NCBI RefSeq assembly: GCF_009834535.1
Contig: NC_045716.1
Span: forward strand, 22,010,001 to 22,074,000
Origin: Camelus ferus
Taxonomy: Eukaryota
DNA length: 64,000 nucleotides
Reading direction: 5' to 3'
Positions 36,601 through 48,253 of this stretch are shown here, piece after piece. How positions within the stretch are numbered: the first letter of the stretch is position 1; every line of letters starts with the position of its first letter. Made by a program: the position numbers and the translations under genes. Below the pieces are notes generated by a model. The model saw only the letters and a program-made list of their open reading frames with translations, made no database searches and was not told the origin of the DNA.

Positions 36601-37189
36601 ACCAGCAGCTTCTAGAGGGGCCGCAGGTGCTGGGGTGCGGCAGCAGGAACGAGGTGGCTTAGCCTGGCTTTCCCTTGCCCTACTGTCGTCTTGTCACCCT
36701 CAGCCCCCTCACCCAATAGCTTGCTCAGTCCCATATCCAAAGCTATTCTATTTTGTTCTGTGCTCTTGTCCCCTGCCCCATGCTACCCATCAGCAGGCAT
36801 TGAGTCTGGACCTCGGGCACCCTTCCTTCCTCCTGCCAGCCCCTGCCCTCATTCGCACCTCCAGCCTTTGCCCCCGGGCCCCTCTGCTGGAGTCACCTCA
36901 CCTCTCCCTTGGCCAGGACACCCTAAGCTGTGCAGACCTTGCTGCCACAAGACAGAGGCCTTGAGCCAGGCAGGCTCAGGGTCATGGCATCTGTGCATCC
37001 AAATGCTGACTGCTTATGGCACTCCCTATTACACCTGGGAATCTAGAGCTTTTCGTGAGGGGAGATCCCAGCAAGTCCTGAAGCCCTGGCCTCAGGGGAG
37101 ACGAAAAGGGATCTTTGAGGGAGTGGTGCTTCCTCCTTAATCCCTGTTTATGGCAGTTTAAGATGTTTCAAAGACCGGTGTCCAATTCT

Positions 37190-37640
37190 CAGCACACCTG
37201 AGTTCCAGTCCTGGCTCTGCCACGAACATCTGAATGACTGTAGGCAAGTCACCTACTCTCTTGGAGCCTCGATTTTCCAGGTGTACAGTGTGGGGTTCAG
37301 ATTGGTTCCTCCAATCCAGAACTGAGGTCCTTTGATGTCTTTTTCCAAAAACTCTGACTTTGGTGGAGGGGGCTGAGAGGAGGCAATCAGGATTTGTGGG
37401 AAGGAGTTCCAGGTGGTGGTGCAGGTTCCAATGGTCAGAGCATGGTGCCAGTGAGACCCGCTTTGAATGCCAGCCTTACCAGGCTGTGTGGCCCTGGTCA
37501 AGGGACATAGCCTCTTAGACCATCAAGTTTTCCCATCTGTGCTATTGGGATAGTAAGGCTTCCAAGGGCACGATGCTCACAGTGCACATAAAGCACTGGG
37601 CACGGAGCCTGGCACGTAGTAGGCACTCAGTAAATGGAAG
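37190..37640 (+). mobile_element. Two MIR fragments (about 37190-37290 and 37480-37640)
   Basis: 'gagttccagtcctggctctgcc...gagcctcgattttcc' and 'ttttcccatctgtgctattgggatag...gcctggcacgtagtaggcactcagtaaatgg'. Confidence 0.7.
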
Positions 37641-38709
37641 CTGGTTTGGTCTAGTTCTTGCTCCCAACTGCCTGGCCCTTTTGCAGTGTTCCTATTCTTG
37701 GATTTTTGGACCCAGTAGGCCCTCCCCTTCCTAGCTGGTCAAGCCCTGCCCCAGGTAGCCCTGGGATTTGAGGAAGCCTGCAGTCTGTGTCCACTGCCAA
37801 GGCTCCTTTAAGGGACAGACCCACACTCTTCAGCCTTCAAGGCCCTCGAGACTGCCCAGTAGGGCACCAGCTATGTGTGCCTCCTCCTGTGTTCCCAGGC
37901 AAGAGTGTGCTTTTTTCTTCTTGTTCCCACAGCCTCCTGGCATTGAACCACGTTACACCCGGTTATATTGTCATATGTGTGTACGTTACTTACTGTTTCC
38001 TCTTCACGTATGTTAAATTATGAGCTTATCTGAGGCTACATGGTTTCTTGTATCCCCAGTACCCAAGGTAGAGCCTGGCACTCAGCAGGTGCTCAATAAA
38101 TGTCGTCGGAAGCCATGAAAGATTGGATGAATGAGCCGACATTTTCAAGTCTTGTCTCCAGGTAGGGAGCCTCAGACTAGGGCCCTCAGACAGGGCCAGG
38201 ACCTGCCCTCCCACCCCCACTCCTCCCTGCTCTGCCAGCAGGAAACCTACCCTCTCCAGGGTCCAGCTGAAATTCCAGTTCCCATATTTTCTTAATACAG
38301 AGGGAGAGAAGACACAGTGCCTACCACCCAGAGATTCACAAGGCAGCTGGCAAGAGCCACGGGCACACAGGAGGGGCACTCACCCAGGACCCAGCCTGTC
38401 CACACAGTGCCGATTAGAGAACTCAGTTGGGATGGAGTCCTAAGAGTACACAGCTTGGCAATGAGGAAAAAGGCCCTCCCTCCCTGGGCCAGGGCACTTG
38501 GATGGGCAAGTGAAGCCTGGATAGATTTTTAGCCCCTATTGGTATCCTCCCCCTACCCCCAAGGTGCCCACCTGTATAACCCTGACCTCACCCAGCCTGG
38601 GTGGGGCTATGGCTCCTGAGAAGAGGCCTTTGCCTGCTTCGTCACTGTCCCGTCTTTTGCCTTCTGTCCCCCACTCTCCTGACGGATGCAGGGTGCTGTA
38701 TTATGTGTG

Positions 38710-39160
38710 GCCCCAGCACCAGCAAACTCTCAGACTTTTGGCCACAATGTTTTAAATGAAAAAAAAAAAATTACAAAGGATTATAAAGAAAACCAATTAT
38801 ATTGAAACACAGTCATCAAAACATTTACATTTTTGGGGTATAGTAATATATATGCTTCTTTATTAACACATTAGAAACAAGATCTAACAACTACGGTTAT
38901 TTCAAAGGAGTGATGAGAGTAAATTATATTTTGAGATATCTTCAAAAACTATAACGCAATCTGAACACATCTGTGATTTCTGTTAGTTACAAAGTCACAG
39001 GCACTCTTAAAACTATTGCGGCTCATTGCCCAAGTACATAAGAGGATGTTAAATTTCAGTTACAGGAGAGTAAAAATAAAGATATATATATATATTTTTT
39101 CCTATCTAGGTTCACAGCCCCCCTGAAATCCACAGACCCCAGTCAAAAACCTCTGGTTAC
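38710..39160. mobile_element. hAT-Charlie DNA transposon remnant
   Basis: AT-rich Charlie1-like text ending 'ggttcacagccccccctgaaatccacagaccccagtcaaaaacctctg'. Confidence 0.6.
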
Positions 39161-39453
39161 AGAATCGAATGGGAAGAAAAGGAGAAAACCATCACTGACT
39201 GAGCCTTATACTCCCTCTGCCATTTAATCTTGACACCAGCCCTGTGAAAGATATATTAGAACCCAAACTTCCTGATGAGATACTTGAGGCTCTAAGAGGT
39301 TGACCAAAGTCATCCAGGCCCAGCTTAGAAACTCCTGTTTCTCCTTCCACACAGAGCTGCCTCCTTAGAGGAGATGAGCTACAGAACAAGGTGTTCAGTT
39401 GACCCTTTGGCCCCAGAGTCCCCTCCCCTCCCCAGGCCCTGTGACCTGTGGGG

Positions 39454-39459
39454 TTTATT
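39454..39459 (-). terminator. EFNA3: EFNA3 polyadenylation signal AATAAA
   Basis: TTTATT on the plus strand, about 1.05 kb after the stop, with a UGUA element upstream. Confidence 0.8.
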
Positions 39460-39477
39460 TAAGCAGTGTACAGAAAG

Positions 39478-39608
39478 NNNNNNNNNNNNNNNNNNNNNNN
39501 NNNNNNNNNNNNNNNNNNNNNNNNNNNNNNNNNNNNNNNNNNNNNNNNNNNNNNNNNNNNNNNNNNNNNNNNNNNNNNNNNNNNNNNNNNNNNNNNNNNN
39601 NNNNNNNN
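39478..39608. other. Assembly gap in EFNA3 3'UTR
   Basis: Run of N. Confidence 1.
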
Positions 39609-39698
39609 GAGGATGGGCAGGGCAGGGTCTTGGGAGTTGAGTCCTGGCTCAGGGCTGGAGGGGAGGGGACGTTGTTGTCTCACGGTCTCCAAAAGTGT

Positions 39699-39706
39699 CT
39701 GTGCGT
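39699..39706 (-). promoter_or_regulatory. EFNA3: miR-210-3p target site in EFNA3 3'UTR
   Basis: mRNA ACGCACAG is complementary to miR-210-3p nt 1-8 (CUGUGCGU). EFNA3 is an established miR-210 target. Confidence 0.85.
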
Positions 39707-40507
39707 TGCATAGGTCCTGTCTTCACAGAAGACAAAAGGGGCCAGGGGGTCCCCCAGTGGGGGGGCCTAGCCTGGTGGGGAAGGGGTCTGAAGCTGGAAG
39801 GGGAAGTCAAGGAAGGTCAGGAGGTTAACGAGGGGGAGGGACTCTGTCCGTCTGTACATTATATATAGAGATATAGAGTCTGTACATGCCTGCCTGGCAC
39901 CCCAATGCCCACCCCTTGTCACCCTTGTCCACTGCCCACCCCCCAAGGGGTGTCTAACTTGTAAACTTGGATTCAATCCAAACCACAATCCTGGGAGTGG
40001 GAGTGGGGGGAGGAGGACGTGCTTATTGCTGTAAACAGGGGAAGGGGGCAGCGGACGGTGCCACCCCCTCGCCCATCTAGTCCCCTCCCCATGTTCTGCC
40101 CCTGGAAGAGAGTGATGAGGGTGTCTCCCATGCTTCGATTTGCTCTCTCTGGGGCACACCTGTCTCTCTGGCGGGACAAAGGAGGAGGGCACCAGGGGTC
40201 AGAGAAAGGTACCAGGGGGCAGGCAGTCCTGGGCACTACCCTTTATGGCCCCCCGGTTTGGTACCAAACATTACCAGAGCCACAAGGCCACCTGGGACCC
40301 GTGGCTGTCCCTGCACCCGGTCCACTGCAGTGCCCTACGAGGGGGAGGGGGCAGAAGGGGCGGGCACAGATGCATGGTGCAGACCCCACTTCAAGCCATC
40401 GGAGGAGGGGTCTAGAGCCCACGACTAGGCTTCCCTTGGAGAGGCCAAAGGCTCCCAGCTCTGTCCCAGCCTCGCCCCATCTCTCCCTGTTAAGGGAAGG
40501 GGCAGAG

Positions 40508-40638
40508 CTAGGAGGCCAAGAGTGTCATAAGGAAGAAGGCGATGCCCACCGCCAGGGGCAGGTGTTCCCGCTTGGGGCTGGTCCCGCTGATGCTCTTCTC
40601 AAGCTTGGGCACCTGGGGGTTCTCTCCCTCAAAGTCTT
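40508..40638 (-). CDS. EFNA3: Ephrin-A3 exon 5 (GPI signal, stop)
   Basis: AG acceptor at 40640-40639. Encodes (E)DFEGENPQVPKLEKSISGTSPKREHLPLAVGIAFFLMTLLAS* (TAG). Confidence 0.97.
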
Positions 40639-40793
40639 CTGTGGAGAGATTAATAGACAGACTGGTGAGGGTTGGGCTGCGCGCCGGGGTGGGGGCACGC
40701 GGCAGCGGCAGCGGCAGCAGCAGTGGAGGGGGGGACGTGACCACGGGGTGGGGAGGATCGGTGCCCCCGGGGGAAAGACATGCAAGGTGAGCA

Positions 40794-40981
40794 NNNNNNN
40801 NNNNNNNNNNNNNNNNNNNNNNNNNNNNNNNNNNNNNNNNNNNNNNNNNNNNNNNNNNNNNNNNNNNNNNNNNNNNNNNNNNNNNNNNNNNNNNNNNNNN
40901 NNNNNNNNNNNNNNNNNNNNNNNNNNNNNNNNNNNNNNNNNNNNNNNNNNNNNNNNNNNNNNNNNNNNNNNNNNNNNNNNN
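40794..40981 (-). other. EFNA3: Assembly gap expected to hold EFNA3 exon 4 (78 nt)
   Basis: The exon 4 peptide (SHSGEKPVPTLPQFTMGPNVKINVL in human) is absent from both flanks between exons 3 and 5. Confidence 0.8.
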
Positions 40982-41119
40982 AGGATCCCCTCCCTCTGCT
41001 ACAGCTGGGGAGCGAGTCCCCCTCGCCTGTGCTCTCCGCCCCCACCCCCAGGAAGCCAGGGGAGCCCCAAAGCAGGGGAGCTGAGGATGGGGTCGCAGCT
41101 GGGAGCCGATTATACTCAC

Positions 41120-41185
41120 TGGAGGCGCAGCAGACGAACACCTTCATCCTCAGACACTTCCAGTGCAGGTTGTGGGTGGGCGTGG
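41120..41185 (-). CDS. EFNA3: Ephrin-A3 exon 3 (66 nt)
   Basis: AG/GT bounded. Encodes (S)TPTHNLHWKCLRMKVFVCCAS. Confidence 0.97.
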
Positions 41186-41673
41186 CTGGAGAAGAGACTG
41201 GGCCTGAGTCCCTTTCTCCAGATTTACACCCCATGCCCTCCTCGCTCAGAAACTCTCCTTCTCTCCCCCTCCAAACTGCCCCTCTTGGGTAGTGTCCTTC
41301 AGAACTTCCTCCACCCTTTGGACATTGGTTGGGTGGCTCCGCCGTCTGCCTTAGAAACCCCTTGGGTCCCGCCCCTCAAGAAACAATGACCCCTGAGATC
41401 CCGCCCCCTGGAATGTCTCTCACAGAAAGTGACTCTGCGACCCAAACTTCAGATTGTCACTAAACTCCTTCCCTAACCTCATGACCCTGTCTGAGCTAGA
41501 ACCCCGAAGGCCGCAGGACCCACGCCTCATCCCGAGGTATCACTCCTATCATTCCTACTGACGGAGACCTTGTGCCTGCCGCGTCGGACCGCCCCCGGCC
41601 CCTCGGGACTCCACCCCCTGGCCAACACTACGACTCTCTTAGGCCCCGCCCCCGCCCGCCGCCCGACACTCAC

Positions 41674-41987
41674 AGATGTAGTAGTACTCGTGGCCCGCAT
41701 GGAACTCGTAGCCCAGAGAAAAGGCGCTGTAGCGCTGGAACTTCTCCGAGAACTTGATGGGGCTGTGGGGGGCGTGCGGTCGGTTGCACTCCCAGCGCTT
41801 GAAGCCTTGGCTGGCGTTGCAGGTGCGGTAGCCCGCCCGGCTCACCATATACAGTACGTACTGCTCCGCCCCGCCTCCGGGCCCTGGCCCCGCCCCGGGG
41901 CCCACCCCTGAGCTGTTGTAGTGGGGGCAGTAAATATCCAGATAATCGTTCACATTCACCTGCACCGTGTAGCCCTCTCGCCGCAGG
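41674..41987 (-). CDS. EFNA3: Ephrin-A3 exon 2 (314 nt, receptor-binding domain)
   Basis: AG/GT bounded. Encodes LRREGYTVQVNVNDYLDIYCPHYNSSGVGPGAGPGPGGGAEQY...WECNRPHAPHSPIKFSEKFQRYSAFSLGYEFHAGHEYYYI. Confidence 0.99.
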
Positions 41988-44900
41988 CTGTGGGGAAAGG
42001 AAGCGGGTCAGAGAGAAAAAAACCCAAAGCCAGGCCGCTTTCCACCTCACCGCTCCGCAGACCTTCCCCAGGGTCTTAGGAGCCTCCCGGCTTTTTCTTC
42101 TGAGCTTCCTCTCTTCTCAGTCCCTGTCTCTGTCCCCAGGGCCCTAGTGCCGCCAGTTCCCGCACTACCCTTCCCGGCCCACTCCTTGTTCTGCCCTTCT
42201 CCCGGTGGCCACCAGAGGGTAGCAAAGGCGCAGGGAAGCCCAGCCGGCCTCCAAAGGAAAAGAGGCGGGGGAGAAGGGTGGAGGGAAGAAGGGAACGTAT
42301 GCTTTGGTTACCACAGAAACGGCGCGGGCCCCTGCGACTCCTAGACCCAGGCCCGGATTTCCTCCGTCCACCCACCATAATTCACTAGACGGGAGGAGGG
42401 ATAGAAGGAAGGGAAGGGAAGGGTGAAAGTGGGAGGAATCCCTTCGGAGGGATGCACACAGTCCATCGCCTCTCCCAGCATGCTTTCCTGCTGCTGGCAG
42501 TCCACCCCCGAGGCCAGTCCGACAGGACCTGCCCTCACATACGCATGTATGGAGGCTTCATGCATATACACGCATAAGTTCTATGGCGCACACACAAATA
42601 TGTCCACCGCCCCCACATAGGCGGCATACACATAGTAAAGCTAGGTGGTATGTGTGCATGCCAGTATTGGTTGACCCCAGTAATCTCAAGCTCTCTCCTG
42701 CCCCTCCCATACACACATACTGGCACATGCTCTCTACAGTATGACTGGCCTCTGTATCTTAAGTCCCACTGACCTCCACCCTGAGGCCACCGACAATTAG
42801 ATCCCCAATAATGTGACACAAGAGATCAGGGAACTAAAGGACTCAACACCACGGCTCTAAACAGTGTCATGCCAATCAGCCAAAACTCTGTCTCTATACA
42901 CCTCCTTCCTCAACCTGGGCACCAATGCCCCCTTCATGATGCTGGGCAGAGTGGTGGGCATAGTGCCCAGACAAGATGGCTGTGTCTCTTACTTCCCTGA
43001 TCTTTCTATGGGCAGAAAAGCAGATGCTGGGTCCCTTGTAATCCCCACTTGCCTTGCTAGTTACCATCAAAGTGCTGGTCTTAATGTCCCTGATGGTGGT
43101 ACTGAGTGGTGTGGGGATGGGGGAAACATCTGAATGGAGAAAGAAACTCAGAGAAGTAGGCAAGAGTTTCCCCTGATTTCCTTAGCATAGGAATGCACTA
43201 GGAATGCACACACCTTGGCAGAGAGAGAGGACTGTGGTGAACACAGGAAGGCATAGGGTGCTGGGCAAAATGTCAAATCACTGGGGTCCCTGGTCTCTGG
43301 GAACTCCCTGAGGGGAGAGACTGGCTCCCAATGTTGCCAGGCACCTCCCAGTTCCACAAACAGTAATTAGACCCATTAGAGAAACAAGCTTGGAGGTCTC
43401 TGCATGGGGTAGGGTCTTGAGGGTCCCTCCTCTTGGCTTGTACCTTGGCTGTACCCCCCCCATACACTCCCTTCCAAGCATAGCACAATGGCTCATAGGT
43501 AAGAGCTGGTGCTTCAGCACTTCAGTAAGAATGGGCACAGCCTTTTTGAGTCATCATGAATGCCACCAGCCCCACTCAGTTCCCATGGGAGTGATGGGTC
43601 ACTCTGACTCCTCCCTGGCCCTGGCACTCAGGTGGGCAGGAGTCTTGGCCTAGGGCATTGGGAGCAGGAAAACGGGTTAGACCAGGCCTGGCTCCCAGCC
43701 ACCACCCAAGGTTTGCCTCTCTATCCCCAAGTCCAAAGTCTACTGTTCCTCCCCACAGGCTTTGAGGAGGGGGCCACCGGTGGTAGGGTGCCAGACCTGG
43801 AGTAGCTGCACAGCCACAGTGGGGCCTCTGTCCTTGAGCCTCACCCAGGTTTCCAGCCCTGCTCTGAAGTAGCACCTTTCTAGGGCATTGCCCAGTTTCC
43901 CCGCAACACACCCTGATCCAGCAGGGAGTAAACCAAAGCCAGAGCTATTCCTACAGGTACCTTAGTTTCCTCAACACGGAGGGAGGGGACTAGCTTTATA
44001 GGAAGGTTGCTGAGTGACCACAAGTGAAGAGAAGCCACCACTTACTTATCCCTGGGTGGCAGGAACAGCCCCTGAAATGCCACCCCTCCAAGCCAGGCAT
44101 TTGGGAGAAAGAACTGCCTGTGAAGGGCTGTGCCCAGATGGTATTTGGTGGGCAGGGGGCAGAAGGGCTGGATGCTAGGAATCCCCAGCTACAACTCCTG
44201 GGAGACCTGGGGTGGCAGCTTGGCTTGGGCCCTTAAACTGAATCTGTCATCCTCCCAGCCTTGGCAGTGAAGAGGGTGGTGCCGCTAGGCCCTGGCCTAG
44301 CTCCACAGCGAGCCCCTCCTCCAGGGCCGCACCTCCTTAACCTAGAGACACACGCCCAACCCCCGCCCTGCGGGAGGAGGGGGCAGGCTGGGATCAGGGA
44401 ACTGGGTTGTGCCTGCCCCTTCGAATAGTTCTCTATTCTTCCTCACTTCATCCTCTACTGGCCTCCCACTTCTCTCGCAGAAAGGCGAGTGTCAACACTG
44501 CCCACCTGGAGGGGATGCCCACCTCATCCCATTATTTCATCTCTCCGGGCTCTCGCCGCCCCCGGTGCGCATTCCGACCCCTGCCTTTCACTCCTTGAGT
44601 ACCCCACCTGCTCGAGCCTGGTTGGGTGGGCGGCGGGGGAGCGGGGAAGGAGCAAACCTCTCCCCCCGGGGCAATTAGGGGCATGTAAACAGGGTGTCTA
44701 ACAAGACCAGGGAGTAGTGAAAGGATCCCAAGGGATCCTGAACTTGTTAAATCCCTGCCCCCACCCCTAGACGCCAGGATGTAGAGCTAAGGAAGTGGAG
44801 GAGGGATAAAGACATCGGACCCTGGTTCTCCTCCCCTCTAGCGCGCGCCCCCGTGGCCGCGCGCCGCTAGCTCCAGCAGGCGAGGCTGGACCACGTGTGC

Positions 44901-45926
44901 GCGGCGTGGGGTCCGCGCGCCTGGGCTGGGTGGGTGGGTGGCGGGAACGCTCGCGGGGCCGCGTGTGCACGCTGACACCCCCGCACCCCTCCGGCGCCCT
45001 CTGACTCCGCGCGCAGCTGGACTGGGTCTTGCCAGCCGGGGACTGGGCCCCGGGCTTCTCCGGCCGGCGTCGGGTGGGAGAGAATCAGCGCGCCCCACAT
45101 CCCCGCCCCTCCTCCCTGCGACAGAGGCAGAGGCGGCGGCGGCGAAGGTTTATTGATCTGCAGCGGCGGAGAAGAGCGAGAGACCCGCCGAAAGCGAGAC
45201 ACACAGAAACCAAGTGAGAGGGAGACGCACACCGAGAGCGGAGATGAACAGAGATCGGATTCACTGAAAGGGGAAAAGGAGTGAGACACAGCGGGAGAGG
45301 GGGATCCAGAATCGAGAGAGAGGGAAGAGAATGAGAACGGAGAGAGATTTGGAGAAAGGGAGAATCGTAGAGGCCGCTCCAGAGAGGCCCACAGACAGCA
45401 AAGACGGAGACCGAGAGACGCAAAGGAGAATATTAGGGACAGGGAAAGGGTTCAAGGCAGAGATTCGGGGACAGGGAGAAAAAAAACCAACAGGGACGTA
45501 GAAGAGCCTCGATAAATATTTGTTGAGTGAATGTATGAATGAGAGATAAGCAACAGAAACATTTCACAGATAAAGAGACAGGCAGACAGCCTAGAGAAAG
45601 ATGTTCCTGAGGCCTCTTGAGATAGGGGAGAATACCAACACACTTGCTCAGTTCTGCAAAGAAATGATGCACAGGCCTGGGCGCAGGTATTTGGCCATCG
45701 GCCTATCCTACCCCCTGCAATTCTAATCCCGGCTCAGGGAATCCCTCGACCTCACATTCTCATGCTTTCCTCCAGCATAGGTCCCCCATCCCTAGTTTCT
45801 AGGTCAGGTTGGGAACAAGTCTCGCCTATTCCAGAGGACCAAAAGGAGGGGGTGAGTGGAGGGTAGGGGGCCAGATCATGGTCGATGTGTAGGGCACTGC
45901 CCCCAGGTCGGTCAAAGAGGCCACTG

Positions 45927-46055
45927 CACGTGTCCCACCAGCACCCACCCACGTGACCCCAGGAGGTGGGGTCTTAAGACCCTCCCCACGTGACCCCCAG
46001 GGACAGAGACCCTCGGCACGTGAGGGGGGTAAGAGCTAGGAGCCCAGCTCACGTG
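45927..46055. promoter_or_regulatory. Cluster of five CACGTG E-boxes in EFNA3 intron 1
   Basis: CACGTG starts at 45927, 45950, 45987, 46017 and 46050. Confidence 0.75.
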
Positions 46056-48002
46056 ACCGGGGGGAGGGGGCGCGGGAGCCTGTGGCTCGGCCCGGCCCCG
46101 CCCCCAGCTCCCTGGCCCTCTCCACTCCCGGCTCCGGAGCACGTCGCTCTCACGATTTATGGGGCCGCGGCTGCCGCAGTGAGGGAGCCGGGGAGCCCGG
46201 GCGCAGCGGCAACAAAGGCGGAGGAAGCGAGGCGGGGGCGGCGGCGGCCTCCCGGCCCGGTACGCGCCCCCTCTCATCTCTGCCGGTCCAGACCTGCGGG
46301 GGAGCAGGGAAGACAGAAAGGAGCTCTCGGAACACGGGTTCCCCCACCCCCTTCCCAGGACTTTCACCTGCGGCCAGGTGTATGCGGGGGAGGGGATCCC
46401 GATCTGCAACATCCCCTCTTCCCCCATCCCCCGCTATTCCTGCATCCCCGGCTCCGGGTTTCCCTTAAGAACGTGGTGGTGCCCTGATGGTGGGAAACCC
46501 AGGGTCCCTCACCTGCATGGTCTCCACTCCCCGCCAGACTCTAGCGGGGCGGGGGGCGGACGTGTGAGTCTTTGGGAGGGGGATGAGCTAGACAGAACAG
46601 GAGAGTCAGCCCCCAGCGCCCCCCGGAGTTCTCTGAGTCCCGCTCCGGGGAGGAGGGGCCATATCCCCACCCCCGAGGTTTCCATGGGAAGCGAGAAGGG
46701 GGCGTCGTTGGCTCATCCCCACCCCCAGTCTGACACTCCGGGCGCAAGGAGGCAGAGAGGGGGAGGCGCAGAGCCCCAAACAACAAAGAGCGGAGCAGCA
46801 AGCGGCAGCCCCTCCCCCAGGAGGTTGGGGGGTCGCGGCCGCCCGACCCTCCCTGTCCTCTCCCTTGGGGCCTCGCCATTTGCTCCTGAGTCGCCCCCCG
46901 GAGTGGGGAGCCAGGGGCAGTGCCGCCGCTGCCGCCTGAGCAGGTGTGACAGTGACCCCTGTGTCCCCAGGGATCCCCCCAACGCACAGACACACACGGA
47001 GGCGGCCAGGGTGATATATACGGTGGCTTGGCGGAGAGGAGAAGACAAGGGCAGCAAGGGCTGAGCAGAATGAGGAGCTGGACCCGCAGCCGGCACCCAG
47101 CCGCTGAGCCACACACCCCGGGAAACCACAGGGCCGCCCTGACACCCGCCCAGACCGCGGCGGCGCCGACAGCCACCCCAGCCGAGACGGGGCCGACCAC
47201 GCGGACAGTGACCGCAGCCCCCTCCCCGACCCGTCGCCCGCTCCCACCCCCAGACGATCTCCGACGCAGACACACAAATCACACATTCAGACACACGCAC
47301 ACTGACAGCCGCGCACTCCTGCTCACACTTGGAGCCACACGCTGTCCCCAGCCCGGGCGTGTGTGTGCGTGTGTGACACGCCGACATCTCCTTGCCTCCC
47401 TCCCTTTCGCCAGTGCCCCATGTTCCCATCCTAACGAAGCAGCACCTCCAAAGCCCCCTAACTTGGCGACCCAACCCCAGTTCACCCCAGTGGATCTTAT
47501 CCATACAATCAGGGCAGCCAATTCGCTTTCGTTCTGAGGAGGTGCTGGGTCGGACGGACTCCTTGCCTCAGCTCTAAATCCCACTTTTAAAAGCAAGAAT
47601 CATAGACAGAACCCCTGGAAACCCTCATAGCTGAAAACAGGTCATCCCTGGGCCCCCCAGGTGCGGCGGCCTATTCCCAGCACACTGGTACTCCCAAACC
47701 CCAGACCGGCCGAAGGGGTTGAAGATGAGGGGACTATCGGGAAGGGTGAGCTATTCCAGAGGCGAGTGTGGAGAGAAGCCAAGGTTGGGTGGGGTGTACC
47801 CGAGAAGCCTCCTCCGCACGGCCCAAGCCCTGGTTACTATACCTTAACCTCTTTCAGGCATCCCCCCTCCCCGAGTTTCATAGACGCCCACAGAGTGTGT
47901 CCCCCTCTCCCTCGCCTCCTAGCCCCTAGCTGTGGTCTCTCAGGACTCCCACCCCAGGTTCCCCCAGGACTTCCCGGGCCTCCCCTTCTCATTGACGCGG
48001 GA

Positions 48003-48253
48003 NNNNNNNNNNNNNNNNNNNNNNNNNNNNNNNNNNNNNNNNNNNNNNNNNNNNNNNNNNNNNNNNNNNNNNNNNNNNNNNNNNNNNNNNNNNNNNNNNN
48101 NNNNNNNNNNNNNNNNNNNNNNNNNNNNNNNNNNNNNNNNNNNNNNNNNNNNNNNNNNNNNNNNNNNNNNNNNNNNNNNNNNNNNNNNNNNNNNNNNNNN
48201 NNNNNNNNNNNNNNNNNNNNNNNNNNNNNNNNNNNNNNNNNNNNNNNNNNNNN
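48003..48253 (-). other. EFNA3: Assembly gap expected to hold EFNA3 exon 1 (5'UTR, signal peptide)
   Basis: GC-box promoter lies directly upstream. 128 coding nt are needed for a 238-aa protein, and no such exon is visible elsewhere. Confidence 0.85.

Noticed and set aside
45149-45154. AATAAA on the minus strand in EFNA3 intron 1 as an intronic poly(A) site
   Set aside because: Followed by GC-rich sequence with no GU/U-rich downstream element.
47180-47205. REST/NRSE-like motif
   Set aside because: Only the GGACAG half matches (about 12/21).
45990-47596. Long Pro/Gly/Arg-rich ORFs on both strands in EFNA3 intron 1 (also 7117-7704, 61922-62650)
   Set aside because: Expected from stop-codon scarcity in CpG islands. 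They overlap in many frames and show no recognisable domain.
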